Source of the DNA: an uncultured Actinomycetes bacterium
Lineage (GTDB): Bacteria; Actinomycetota; Thermoleophilia; Gaiellales; JALYLC01
Assembly (NCBI GenBank): GCA_963696735.1
Contig: CAVOLG010000008.1
Span: 361,069 to 425,068, forward strand
Length of the DNA: 64,000 nucleotides
Reading direction: 5' to 3'
Shown: one piece after another, positions 21,049 to 30,781 of the stretch
Layout: every line of letters starts with the position of its first letter
How positions within the stretch are numbered: the first letter of the stretch is position 1
Translations under genes and position numbers: made by a program
Notes under the pieces: generated by a model
Told to the model about the DNA's origin: nothing
What the model saw: the letters and a program-made list of their open reading frames with translations, nothing else
Databases searched by the model: none

Positions 21049-21889
21049 CTACGGCGACTTCACGGCGTGCGTCACCTTGAGGGACCTCGTGTCCACGCGG
21101 GCCACGGTCCCATTCGCGCCGATGACCCGCAGCGACCGCTGGTCGGCCGAGAGCGCAAGGTGGAGGTTCCACAGCGACCCCGAGGCCTCGCCCGTCAGGT
21201 GCCACGGCAGGTCGATGCAGTGAGCCGTGCCCTTGGCGGCGTTCAGGGCGTGCACGAACGACGTGCCCTCCAGGCTGGCGTAGAGCGTGAACACGAGGCG
21301 CCCGTTGCCCTTCACCGCGCGCGACACGGGATAGCCGGCCATGCCGTGCGGGTCGTCGCGATCGGCGATGACGTGCGCGTTGAGGCGCTGCGGCCGCGAG
21401 GTCGTACGACCGCACGCGGTAGGACTCGAGCCGTCCTCCCGGCAACCGCTGGATCAGGTACATGACCCGCCCGTTCGGCGAGATGGCATCGAAGGTCCAG
21501 TCACCGCGCAGGGTGATGATGCGCGCGGGCTGCTGAAGCGACGTGGGCATCACGGCGAACTGCGTGGACGTGGCCGCGCCCGTCGGGTCAACCTTGGCCA
21601 GCACGAGCGTGCGGCCGTCCGGGGAGAGCCCGGCATGCGTCCCCATGATGGTGATCTGCGGCACGCCGTACGTCCCGGCCAGCTGCATCTGCCGGAGCAC
21701 GTGACCCTTCTGCAGCGCCCGGATCGTCGTCGTCTGGCCCGGGCTGACGGCGTAGGTGGTGCCGTCGGTGTCGATCAGGCGCGCAGGCCGTTGATCGGCG
21801 GCCGGCTGCGGGCCGACGGCCAGGCCGGGACCGGCGAGCACGGCCAGGGCGCCGAGAGCGAGGGCGGCGATGAGGGGCGAGCGGCGCAT
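21049..21889 (-). CDS. secreted hypothetical protein, frame broken once (about 21345-21375)
   Basis: MRRSPLIAALALGALAVLAGPGLA signal with GGAGG upstream (in ORF 20999..22513). The C-terminal part continues in ORF 21049..21342. Confidence 0.5.
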
Positions 21890-21921
21890 GGGAAGCCTCC
21901 ACAGGCGGGTGGACACTGCCT

Positions 21922-22605
21922 CTACACCTGCGAGCCGGCGGCGGTTCCCTCCTCGAGGCGCGGGCTGGCAGGGTCGTCGTTGCGGATCACGAGATCGGCG
22001 GCTGCCGTCGGGCGCACCGCGGCGAGGTAATGCTCCTGCGCGGGGATGTACCGGCTCCGGTAGCGGCGCTCCACCTCCGCGCGGGTGCCGAAGAGGGCGG
22101 TGTCGCGGTCGAGCGCCCGCCGCAGGCACTCGTCGAAGGCCACCGAGACGAAGAGGCGGACGTCCCAGCTCGCCGCCAGCTCGGGCCGGAGCAGGAAGAC
22201 GCCGTCGACGAGCAGCACCGCATCCTCCGGTGCCTCGAGTGGAGGCTCCGTGCGCGGCGTGTCGCTGCGGTAGTCGAACACGGCGCGGCGGTACCGGCGG
22301 CTGCCGCCCGGGCCGAGGGGCTCGAGCAGCACCTCCCGCAGGGCCGCCAGGTCGAATGAGTCCTCGTAGTACCCCACGGGCGAGTCCGCGCCCTGCCTGT
22401 ACCGCTCTGCTCGCGGCCGGTGGAACCCGTCGATCGAGGCGCGAATCACGGGCCGCCCCCGCGCGCGCACCGCGACCGCCAGTTCGTCGGCCAGCGTCGT
22501 CTTGCCCGCGCAATCCGGCCCGTCGACGGCCACCCGGAGCGGATGCGGCAGACGATGCACCACCAGGCGTTCGGCGAGCTGGTCGAGGAGCGCCGACCGC
22601 CGCAC
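21922..22605 (-). CDS. uridine-kinase-family nucleoside/nucleotide kinase
   Basis: C-terminal 228 codons of ORF 21922..24111. P-loop VAVDGPDCAGKTTLADEL. DGVFLLRPEL. GTG at 22605 just after the upstream stop. Confidence 0.65.
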   Translation of the reverse strand: MRRSALLDQLAERLVVHRLPHPLRVAVDGPDCAGKTTLADELAVAVRARGRPVIRASIDGFHRPRAERYRQGADSPVGYYEDSFDLAALREVLLEPLGPGGSRRYRRAVFDYRSDTPRTEPPLEAPEDAVLLVDGVFLLRPELAASWDVRLFVSVAFDECLRRALDRDTALFGTRAEVERRYRSRYIPAQEHYLAAVRPTAAADLVIRNDDPASPRLEEGTAAGSQV

Positions 22606-22610
22606 GATGC

Positions 22611-23948
22611 TCAGCCGATCCGGTGCTCGGCCCAGAACGGGGTCAGGTCCGTGCCCGGATCGGCGGCCTGGACAGCGGCCTCGAAGGCGGCCGTCGTCGA
22701 CCAACCGAAGCGGTGGGCGCGGGCGTAGCGGCCCAGGAGCCTGGTGAAGGCGGAGTCCCCCAGGAGCGAGTCGAGGCTCTGGAGGGCGCACGCCCCCTCG
22801 TGGTACACGGTCGCCCCGTACGCCCGCGGATGAAGGCGCCAGAAGCCCATGTCGTTCGTCACGCGGTCCTCGGGCGAGGGAAACGTGGCGGTGCTGCAGA
22901 GGGTGCCGTTCGTCCCCGAGAACCAGCCCTGCGTCCATGTCGCAAAGGCCTCGTCCAGCCAGGGCGCGGTGTACTGGTCGTCGCCGACCAGGCCGTACCA
23001 CCACTGGTGCGCGAGCTCGTGGGCGACCGGCACCTCGGTGGGCACCGCCATCACCAGCCCCGGGTACTCCATGCCCCCGAAGGAGAGGAAGGTCCCGATG
23101 ACGACGTCGACCTCCGGATAGGGATAGGGCCCGAGCAGGTCGGCGTAGCGCTCCATGGCCGAGCGGGCGATTGCCAGGGCGTTGAGGGCCTCGCTCCGCG
23201 GCACGGCGCTCGGATAGGACACGCGCACAAGCACGCCGGTCGAGGCCCTGGCCGTGACCGTCTGCAGCGATCCCGCCGCCCAGGCGAAGTCGCGGACCCG
23301 CGGAGCGAGGAAGCGGCGCACGGTTCGGCCGCCGGCCCGCGTGGCCCCATGCTGCACGCCGGTCGTGGCCAGCGCCATCGAGGACGGCGTGTCGAAGGTG
23401 ACGTCGAAGTCGGCGATCTGGGAGTAGAAGCTCTCGCCCAGGATCGAGTACGGCGGCAGGTGCACGCCGTCGGCGTCCTGGATGGCCAGGACCGGGATGG
23501 CGTTGCCGAGCAGCGCCTCCGGCCCGTTGCGGCCGAAGCGGTCGTTGCGATCGGGGACCCGGATGACGAGGTCGAAGGACAGGGCGGCCCGGCCGCCCGG
23601 GGCGAGGGGCTGCGGCAGGCTGACCGGCAGGGCCGTGCAGGCCACCGAGAGCGGGCCCGCCTGGCCGCCCGTCACGTGCGAGACGGTCATGGCCGGAGCG
23701 GCCTGGCAGCCGTCGATGCCGTTGTCCCACAGCCGCAGCCACACCTGGGTCAGGGGCGCCGTTCCCGTGTTGGCGAACGAGACGTGCTCGCGGCCGCGCC
23801 ACACCACTCCGTGCGCGCCGGTGCGGAGCGAGATCCGGTAGGAGATGCGACCAGGCGTGCGCTGGTCGGCGGTGGCCGGCCCGGCGAGGGCGATGGCCGC
23901 GACGACCAGTCCGAGCACCGCCGCCAGGGCGGCCCCGCGTGCCCTCAC
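22611..23948 (-). CDS. M1-family zinc metallopeptidase (aminopeptidase N-like), secreted
   Basis: GGMEYPG, then HELAHQWWYGLVGDDQYTAPWLDEAFATW (HExxH-18-E). Signal-like AALAAVLGLVVAAIALAGPATA. The GTG at 23948 overlaps the upstream stop (GTGA). Confidence 0.8.
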   Translation of the reverse strand: MRARGAALAAVLGLVVAAIALAGPATADQRTPGRISYRISLRTGAHGVVWRGREHVSFANTGTAPLTQVWLRLWDNGIDGCQAAPAMTVSHVTGGQAGPLSVACTALPVSLPQPLAPGGRAALSFDLVIRVPDRNDRFGRNGPEALLGNAIPVLAIQDADGVHLPPYSILGESFYSQIADFDVTFDTPSSMALATTGVQHGATRAGGRTVRRFLAPRVRDFAWAAGSLQTVTARASTGVLVRVSYPSAVPRSEALNALAIARSAMERYADLLGPYPYPEVDVVIGTFLSFGGMEYPGLVMAVPTEVPVAHELAHQWWYGLVGDDQYTAPWLDEAFATWTQGWFSGTNGTLCSTATFPSPEDRVTNDMGFWRLHPRAYGATVYHEGACALQSLDSLLGDSAFTRLLGRYARAHRFGWSTTAAFEAAVQAADPGTDLTPFWAEHRIG

Positions 23949-24403
23949 GGCGTCCGCGGGGCGATGGAGGCGAGCATGCCCCCGTCGTCGTCGTAGGCCG
24001 GGAAGAAGTCGCCCGTGAGGTGCTTCTCGAACCCGGCCCGGGTCCGCAGGACGACGGGCTTGCCCATCTGCCGAACGCCCCACTCGAGGACGGTGGCCAC
24101 CGGGTCGTCACCCCCGTCCGGCGCGAGGTGCAGCGCCTCGCGCAGGTCCCGGCCCATGAGGTCGCGCTCCGGGTAGCCCGTGAGCTCGAAGACGCCGCGG
24201 CCGGCGGAGAGGATCCGCCCCTCGCGGTCGGTCGTCAGGAGCCCGGCCTCGGGGTGCGGGTAGTAGTCCTCGAGGAGCTCGAACAGGTAGCCGAAGCCGC
24301 ACTTGTGGCAGCCGACGGCCTGGTAGGACAGGCCTTCGAGCCGGTCGGAGTCGATCGACCGGTCGGCGCAGTTGGGGCAGATGAAGTGCGGAATGGCGGG
24401 ATG
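23945..24403 (-). CDS. Zn-ribbon (CPNC...CHKC) + PAS-like domain protein; no canonical start codon in the open frame
   Basis: The frame is open from the TAG at 24404-24406 down to the stop at 23945. It translates as HPAIPHFICPNCADRSIDSDRLEGLSYQAVGCHKCGFGYLFELLEDYY...TDREGRILSAGRGVFELTGYPERDLMGRDLREAL. The only ATG (24157) is inside the PAS-like part. Confidence 0.5.
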   Translation of the reverse strand, partial: HPAIPHFICPNCADRSIDSDRLEGLSYQAVGCHKCGFGYLFELLEDYYPHPEAGLLTTDREGRILSAGRGVFELTGYPERDLMGRDLREALHLAPDGGDDPVATVLEWGVRQMGKPVVLRTRAGFEKHLTGDFFPAYDDDGGMLASIAPRTP

Positions 24404-24435
24404 CTAGGGGAAGATCCTGGGAATCCCCTGTGCCC

Positions 24436-25455
24436 CTACACGTGCTCCGCCGGTGCCACCGGCGCGTCCACGTGGCGCCAGTGCGCCTCGGGCGAGATGG
24501 CCTCGGCCTCGGCCTCCAGCCCGCGTCCGTGCGCCAGCCAGCGCTCGGCGTCGAGGGCCGCCATACAGCCCGACCCGGCGGCGGTCACGGCCTGCCGGTA
24601 GGTGTGGTCGACCACGTCGCCGGCGGCGAAGACGCCCTCGACGTTGGTCGCCGTCGAGCCGTCCTTCGTCACCAGGTAGCCCGCCTCGTCGTGGTCGAGC
24701 TGGTCGAGGAAGAGCTCCGTCGCGGGCTCGTGCCCGATGGCCACGAAGAGGCCGTCGGCCTGCTCGTAGCGCTCCTCGCCCGTCTCCACGTTGCGCAGCC
24801 GCAGCCCGGTGACGCAGCCGGAGTCGATCCCATCCACGTGCTCCACGACGTACGGCGTGAGGACGCGCAGGTTCTCCTTGGCCCGGGCGTACTCCTGCAT
24901 GATCTGCGAGGCCCGGAAGTCCTTCCGGCGGTGGACGACCACGACCTCGCGGGCGAACTTGGCCAGGAAGGAGGCCTCCTCGAGGGCCGAGTCGCCGCCG
25001 CCGACGACGAAGACGCGCTTGTCGGGGTAGAAGGCGGCGTCGCACACGGCGCAGTACGAGACCCCGCGACCGTGCAGTGCGGCCTCGCTCTCCAGCCCCA
25101 GCTGCCGGGCGTTCGCGCCGGTGGCCGCGATCACGGCGTGGGCGCGGTACTCGTCGTCGCCCACCCACACGCGGAAGGGGCGCTCGGAGAAGTCGACGCG
25201 GGTGACGTTGTCGGAGATGAACTCGGTGCCGAAGCGCTCGGCCTGCTTGCGGAAGCGGTCCATGATCTCGGGGCCGAGGATGCCGTCGACGAAGCCGGGG
25301 TAGTTCTCGACGTCCGAGGTGATCATCAGCTGCCCGCCGTGCAGGAAGCCCTCGATGACCAGGGGCTTCAGGTTGGCGCGGGCGGCGTAGAGGGCGGCCG
25401 TGTACGCGGCGGGACCGCCGCCGACGATGATCAGATCGCGGGTCTCAGGGGTCAT
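24436..25455 (-). CDS. trxB: thioredoxin-disulfide reductase
   Basis: MTPETRDLIIVGGGPAAYTAALYAAR, redox-active CAVCDA, VVGGGDSALEEA, GVFAAGDV. ATG at 25455 within ORF 24436..25530. Confidence 0.9.
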   Translation of the reverse strand: MTPETRDLIIVGGGPAAYTAALYAARANLKPLVIEGFLHGGQLMITSDVENYPGFVDGILGPEIMDRFRKQAERFGTEFISDNVTRVDFSERPFRVWVGDDEYRAHAVIAATGANARQLGLESEAALHGRGVSYCAVCDAAFYPDKRVFVVGGGDSALEEASFLAKFAREVVVVHRRKDFRASQIMQEYARAKENLRVLTPYVVEHVDGIDSGCVTGLRLRNVETGEERYEQADGLFVAIGHEPATELFLDQLDHDEAGYLVTKDGSTATNVEGVFAAGDVVDHTYRQAVTAAGSGCMAALDAERWLAHGRGLEAEAEAISPEAHWRHVDAPVAPAEHV

Positions 25456-25680
25456 GTGGACAGGTGCTCCATCAAAGGGGAATGGGCCGAACGGCCACAC
25501 TATGAAAACGGTCGCGGACGGGGGTGGCATTCCCGGCGCTGCAGCGCCTCACGCCTTCGGAACGACGACCGTACGTGCCCCGATCGGGGTACCCCGCGAG
25601 GGTCGCTCCTGCCGGAACCTGGCGGTAGGGATCCCCGAGTCGCCCTCAGCCACGGGCTCGCGGCTGCCGATGGAGCGCCT

Positions 25681-26130
25681 GTGACCAGCGACGACCTGAC
25701 CTGCCATCTCCACCCGGACGGGCGTGTGCGCGCGTTCCGTGTGGACGGGCCCATGGGCCGCACGATCCACCGCCGCTGCGAGCCGCTGAACGGCGAGCCG
25801 CCGCATCTGGTGGGCGAGCCGCAGACGATCGTCGTGCGCCCGGCCGTGACGAATGGCGTGTCCCGCGTGCGCCGAATGCCGCGCCGGCAGGGCCAGGAGG
25901 CCTTCGGTCTGACGCGCGCAGAGCTCGACGTCCTGCGGGCGGCAGCCGCCGGCCTGACGGTGCTCGAGTCGGCCGCGCTGCTGCAGAAGGGCGCCGAGAC
26001 GGTCAAGACCCAGCGCAACCGCATCATCCTCAAGCTGGGCGCCCGCAACATGGTCCAGGCGGTCTGCATCGCCGCCGAGAACGGGCTCGTGACCTCGTCG
26101 GCCACGCCGCCCGTGCCGGTCGCTGCGTAG
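25681..26130 (+). CDS. LuxR/GerE-type HTH transcriptional regulator
   Basis: C-terminal LTRAELDVLRAAAAGLTVLESAALLQKGAETVKTQRNRIILKLGARN. The GTG at 25681 is a tentative start within ORF 24430..26130. Confidence 0.6.
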   Translation: MTSDDLTCHLHPDGRVRAFRVDGPMGRTIHRRCEPLNGEPPHLVGEPQTIVVRPAVTNGVSRVRRMPRRQGQEAFGLTRAELDVLRAAAAGLTVLESAALLQKGAETVKTQRNRIILKLGARNMVQAVCIAAENGLVTSSATPPVPVAA

Positions 26131-26135
26131 CTTCT

Positions 26136-26918
26136 CTAGAAGCTGGCGAGCGCGAGCCGCACGAGCGCGGCCTTCTCGGGCAGGTGCGGGTACGTGACGA
26201 GCTTGCGCCCGACGTAGCGGCGGTCGACCGCGAACCGCTCCTCCGAGGTGATGCGGCCGGTCTCGATCTCCAGGGCCGTCCCGTCCCGGACCTCGCCCAC
26301 CGTCAGGCGCCGGTCCATCGCCTTGGCCGCAAGCTGCAGCGGCTCGCGGGTGGAGGCGAACAGCGTGACGCCGTGGCCCGTTCCCACGAACAACGTGCGC
26401 GAGGCCCGCTTGGCCAGCGACAACCGCTCGGGCTCACCGTCGCGGAGCAAGGCCACCGCCGCCGAGCCCTTGACGCGCGTCAGCGCTGGGCCCAGGTCGC
26501 CGAGCTCGTCGGTGAGCATCATGATGGCCTCGGAGTCGACGCTGATGTGCGGCGTCGAGCGCTCCTTGCCCATCTCGGCGAAGAGCTCGTCGTCGTTGTC
26601 GAGGTGGCCGTTGTGCACGCCGACCACCTGGCCGTAGCGGATGGGGTGGTTGTTGTCGTTCAGCCCCGGGCGGCCCTTGGTGAAGTCGCGCACGTGGAGG
26701 ATCACGTTACGGGCCTCGTTCGGGATGACGACGTGCTCGAGGAAGGCGGCGAGCCGCACCGAGTCCTTGTGGACCTCGACGGCGCCGTCCGGGCCGTGGA
26801 ACGCGTAGCCGGTGGCGTCCTGGCCACGCTCGGCGAGCCCGGCGAGAAGCAGGCGCGCCGTCGCCGTGAGATCGAGCTCGATCCCAGAGGCAACGCTGAT
26901 ACCTGCGATCCCACACAC
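26136..26918 (-). CDS. class-II (Ntn) glutamine amidotransferase domain protein
   Basis: (V/M)CGIAGI N-terminal nucleophile context at GTG 26918. HVRDFTKG, NNHP, GVHNGHLDN. Confidence 0.7.
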   Translation of the reverse strand: MCGIAGISVASGIELDLTATARLLLAGLAERGQDATGYAFHGPDGAVEVHKDSVRLAAFLEHVVIPNEARNVILHVRDFTKGRPGLNDNNHPIRYGQVVGVHNGHLDNDDELFAEMGKERSTPHISVDSEAIMMLTDELGDLGPALTRVKGSAAVALLRDGEPERLSLAKRASRTLFVGTGHGVTLFASTREPLQLAAKAMDRRLTVGEVRDGTALEIETGRITSEERFAVDRRYVGRKLVTYPHLPEKAALVRLALASF

Positions 26919-27082
26919 GGTCGCGCGAGTCCTTTCCCATCCTGCGCGGGATCCCCGCCCGCGCCCGTTCGGCATCCCCGAAGGGCTGCCGTGCTCATCG
27001 TATCGTCCGCATCGGGCCTCACCTGTAAGGGATTTGCCAAACCTGGTCTCTCGCGGAGGCGGGCCGCTAGGGTGGGCTCACT

Positions 27083-27164
27083 GCCCGGGTGGTGGAACGG
27101 CGAGACACGGCCGGCTTAAACCCGGCTGCCGCGAGGCATGCGGGTTCGACTCCCGCCCCGGGCA
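27083..27164 (+). tRNA. tRNA-Leu (anticodon UAA), long variable arm
   Basis: Hand fold: acceptor GCCCGGG/CCCGGGC, anticodon arm GCCGG-CTTAAAC-CCGGC, 13-nt variable arm, T arm GCGGG-TTCGACT-CCCGC, discriminator A. No encoded CCA. Confidence 0.85.
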
Positions 27165-27182
27165 CTGGTTCTCCAGCAGGCG

Positions 27183-28094
27183 TCAGCGCGCGGCGAGGAG
27201 CGCGGCGCCGTGCAGGATGTCGCGCTCGGAGGCCTCGAGCGAGTCGAGGCCCAGCCGCTCCAGCGAAGCGGCCAGGACGACGAGCCCGGCGCAGATGACC
27301 GGGGCGCGGTCCGGCTCGACCACCATCGCCTTGCGCCGCTCGTCCAGGCTCATCGGCGCGAGCCGGGCGAGCAGCTCGTCGACGTGGTCGCGGCCGACCC
27401 GGTGGCCGTGGATGCGCTCGGCGTCGTAGACCTCGAGCCCGAGATCGAGGGCGGCCACGGTGGTCACGGTGCCGGCCACGCCGATGGCTTCCCGGGTGCG
27501 TTCGACGACGTCGTCCGGCACCGCGGTGAGCTCGGCGTCGAGGGCCTCCCTGGCCGCTCGGAGCCGCTCGGGCGGGATGCGATCCTCATCCAGGAAGCGC
27601 TCGGTGATGCGGACGCAGCCGACGTCGATTGACCGGGACCAGGCCACGGCGTCGCCCGGGCCACCGAGGACGAACTCGGTCGACCCGCCGCCGATGTCGA
27701 GGACGAGGAGGCCGCCGTGGTCGCCCGGACGGTCGGAGACGACCCCCGCGAAGGTGGCTGCGGCCTCCTCCTCTCCGGTGAGCAGCCGTGGCTCGAAGCC
27801 GAGTCCTTGCACAGCGTCGAGGAACCCTTCGCGGTTCCGGGCGTCGCGGACGGCGCTGGTGGCCACCGCGAGGCGCCGCTCCGCGCCGAGGGCATCGGCT
27901 CGCTCCGCGTAGTGGCGCAGGGTGTCCAGCGTGCGCCGCATCGGCTGCTCGCCGAGCTCCTTTGTGGCGTCGACCCCCTCTCCGAGGCGCGTGATCTTCA
28001 GGAGGCGCTCCACCTCCCGGACCGTGGAATCCTCGACGTCCGCCACCAGGAGCCGTGTCGAGTTCGTGCCGAGGTCGCCGACGGCGACGCGCAT
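27183..28094 (-). CDS. Ppx/GppA-family phosphatase (exopolyphosphatase-like)
   Basis: Intact 303 aa. VGDLGTNSTRLLVADV, LVLDIGGGSTEF. Confidence 0.85.
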   Translation of the reverse strand: MRVAVGDLGTNSTRLLVADVEDSTVREVERLLKITRLGEGVDATKELGEQPMRRTLDTLRHYAERADALGAERRLAVATSAVRDARNREGFLDAVQGLGFEPRLLTGEEEAAATFAGVVSDRPGDHGGLLVLDIGGGSTEFVLGGPGDAVAWSRSIDVGCVRITERFLDEDRIPPERLRAAREALDAELTAVPDDVVERTREAIGVAGTVTTVAALDLGLEVYDAERIHGHRVGRDHVDELLARLAPMSLDERRKAMVVEPDRAPVICAGLVVLAASLERLGLDSLEASERDILHGAALLAAR

Positions 28095-28410
28095 CAGCGC
28101 AGGCCGCGCAGCTGCTCCAGCGGCGCGAGTGCCTCGGCCACGTACCCGGCCGCGCGGCGGCCCGAGGCCACCGACGCGGCGAGCTCGGCCTGCCGCTCCG
28201 CCATCCGCTCGACGGCGGGCCTGCAGGCGGGCTGCGGCCAGCAGAGGCGGCGGCCGCCTTCCGCTTCAGCTGCGGCGTGGCCTCCTGGACCGATTTCGCG
28301 AGCGGTGTCACCGCCCGCCGGAGGTCCAGGGCTGCCGTGACCACGGCCCACAGGCCCATGGCGAGGGCGAGCACCGAGATCACCGCGGCCAGGAGGAGGA
28401 CGAGGCCCAC
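28094..28410 (-). CDS. small N-terminally anchored membrane protein, frame broken
   Basis: MGLVLLLAAVISVLALAMGLWAVV... (start of ORF 27586..28410). The tail ...MAERQAELAASVASGRRAAGYVAEALAPLEQLRGLR is in ORF 28094..28351. Confidence 0.4.
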
Positions 28411-28468
28411 GCGCGGAGCATAGGCAGCTTGCTCCGCGGCATCCGGTGTCCTATACTTCCGCGCACGA

Positions 28469-28582
<114 letters not shown>

Positions 28583-28867
28583 GTTGAGGCGATTCTGTGC
28601 CTCCCGGGTGGCGCCGTCTTCGTGTGGCGTGCGGCGCATCGCGAGTTGATCTTTGCCCGGCCTTTGCCCAGACGGACCACGTCAGCGCGAGGTGCAGGTT
28701 CGCGAGGGCGCTCGGGGGCTTCACCGTCGCGTCGCCTGACGGCTCAAAGCTCGCCAATGGGAGATCGGGCGGGACTCGTCAAGGTCTCGACGACGACGCC
28801 CTACCTGTGGGTGGCCGGCGGGTAGGCGGGTCGCGGGACGCGCCTGCTGCGTCGCATGCGCCAGTGT

Positions 28868-29758
28868 TCACGAATGTCCCCCGACCTGCTCCGCTCTGAT
28901 CTCACGAAAGTCGAGTGCCCCGGGAGCGCCGCGGTGGGGAAGGACAGATGTTTCGTAAAGCGAGACGAGTTCATGGCCGAGAGATCTGAGCGTCGCCGTC
29001 GTCGCGACCTGAAGGTTCGCTCCGAGAACGCCGCACCCAATGAGCGAACCGATGTCGGACATTGGTGCGAGGGAGCCACCTTCGAGGTTCGATCGGACGA
29101 TGAGGTCACCGCACCATCGGGATTCGCCGGGACCAGTCAGGGCCTGCCACGGCCACGTCCGCTGTCGGGGAAAGCCATAGCCGTACCAATAGATCAGTTT
29201 GAAGCCTTTCTCGATTAGTTCCGACGCGAGGCTGACAGCCGATAGACCCGGTTCCGTCTCGACGACCGGGTCGAAGGGATCGATGTGGACGAGTACGTCC
29301 GCCGGGTCTCCCTTGTATTCGTGGCTCGTCTCGCGGATGACTGCGAGTCCGTCTCTTCGTGCGCAGCGGACTCGGTGGCTGAGACCGAGCGCAGCCGCGG
29401 CTTCGCTCAGCGAGCTGACGCTGGCGGTATCTATGTCACAAAGAACGTAGTTGGCTCCGTCGCGGAGGAGACGCATTGCGAGAAGCGCTGAGCCTGGGTA
29501 GCTGGGCGGATGCTCGTCGTCCTGGGAGAAACGCTTCAGCTCCTGATAGTAGGGTGACTGAGAGAGGATTGAGCTGCGGCGCCCGCCCTCAAGAAGATAG
29601 TAGGCCCCGTAGTCGCGGGCCGGCGAATGGCTCAATAGGTAGCTCGCGGAGCCAGCATGCGTTTCCCAGTAGTTAAGGGGCCGCTCGGATGCAAGCGCCT
29701 CCGCCAGGGCGACGTGCTTCCAGACATCGCCGAGGTTTCCGAAGTGAGGGTTCGCCAT
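28868..29758 (-). CDS. RlmJ/DUF519-like SAM-dependent methyltransferase (putative)
   Basis: Intact 296 aa. N-terminal FGNLGDVWKHVAL...ETHAGSASY resembles the RlmJ HAGNxADxLKH...DTHAGAG block. YPGSALLAMRLLR and VLVHIDPFDP resemble YPGSP and the (N/D)PP(Y/F)-type catalytic block. Assignment is from memory of the family, not from a search. Confidence 0.55.
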   Translation of the reverse strand: MANPHFGNLGDVWKHVALAEALASERPLNYWETHAGSASYLLSHSPARDYGAYYLLEGGRRSSILSQSPYYQELKRFSQDDEHPPSYPGSALLAMRLLRDGANYVLCDIDTASVSSLSEAAAALGLSHRVRCARRDGLAVIRETSHEYKGDPADVLVHIDPFDPVVETEPGLSAVSLASELIEKGFKLIYWYGYGFPRQRTWPWQALTGPGESRWCGDLIVRSNLEGGSLAPMSDIGSLIGCGVLGANLQVATTATLRSLGHELVSLYETSVLPHRGAPGALDFREIRAEQVGGHS

Positions 29759-30088
29759 GCGCGGACGAGTCTACGGCCGCGCTCCGGCTTTCCACCCCTG
29801 CCGGGGAGCTCCGCATTCGCGTGGGCCAGCGTTCGGGAATGTCACCTGATCCGGCGACTGCGACGCCGCCGGTCATTGACTGAAATCGACACCCGGAACA
29901 CGATGAACGCGAGCAGGATTAGGACGATCGCTTTCCCCGGCATTGCGGGCATCGGCCACGGAACTGCGTCCACATCTCACATCGTAAGGAGGATGGTCGC
30001 GACGGAAAGCTCCCCGTTCTGCGAGTCTCTACGCCACACGGATCCACGCCAAGAGCAAGAGCTTGCCCAACGGACTCCGAGAGGCGGC

Positions 30089-30781
30089 ATGAAACTTCTT
30101 CTCACCTCGGCCGGCATCAAGAACACGAGCATCCGCGACGCGTTGGTTGACCTCTTGGGCAAACCGATCGACCAGTCGAATGCCCTCTGCATTCCAACCG
30201 CGACGTACGCGTTCCCCGGTGGTGCTGCCGGCGCATGGCGGCTGATCAGCGGACGCGCTGCCTCGCCCCTCTGCGAACTCGGTTGGAAGTCACTGGGAGT
30301 GCTGGAACTCACCGCTCTGCCGAGCATCGAGAGGACGATTTGGATCGACGCGGTCGAGGAGACGGACGCCCTTCTGGTGGGCGGTGGCGATCCCCTCTAC
30401 CTGTGCTACTGGATCGAGCAGTCAGGACTGGCCGACCTGTTGCCCTCGCTGAGCAACATGGTCTGGGTGGGAGTCAGCGCCGGGAGCCTGGTGATGGGAC
30501 CACAGGTCGGGGAAGGGTTTGTCTCTGGGAGCCCAGTCACCACCGGTGACGACCGAGCGCTGGGCCTCGTCGACTTCGCGATGTTCCCGCACCTGAACCA
30601 CGAGGCAATGCCAGACCACTCGATGGCCGCCGCCGAGCTCTGGGCGGCCCGTCTGCCGGTCCCGGCGTACGCAATCGACGACGAGACTGCGATCAAAGTG
30701 GTCGGTAGCACCGTCGAAGTCGTCTCCGAGGGGAAGTGGCAGCTGTTCAATTCCCGCGCGAACGCGCGCGACGTCTCGTAG
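30089..30781 (+). CDS. peptidase S51 / type-1 glutamine-amidotransferase-like (PepE-like) protein
   Basis: ATG at 30089 (GAGAGG upstream) within ORF 29657..30781. MKLLLTSAGIKN..., LLVGGGDPLYL, WVGVSAGSLVMGP (Ser nucleophile context). Confidence 0.7.
   Translation: MKLLLTSAGIKNTSIRDALVDLLGKPIDQSNALCIPTATYAFPGGAAGAWRLISGRAASPLCELGWKSLGVLELTALPSIERTIWIDAVEETDALLVGGGDPLYLCYWIEQSGLADLLPSLSNMVWVGVSAGSLVMGPQVGEGFVSGSPVTTGDDRALGLVDFAMFPHLNHEAMPDHSMAAAELWAARLPVPAYAIDDETAIKVVGSTVEVVSEGKWQLFNSRANARDVS

Noticed and set aside
27034-27073. Promoter for tRNA-Leu (TTGCCA ... TAGGGT)
   Set aside because: The spacer between the two hexamers is 28 nt, far outside the 16-19 nt range.
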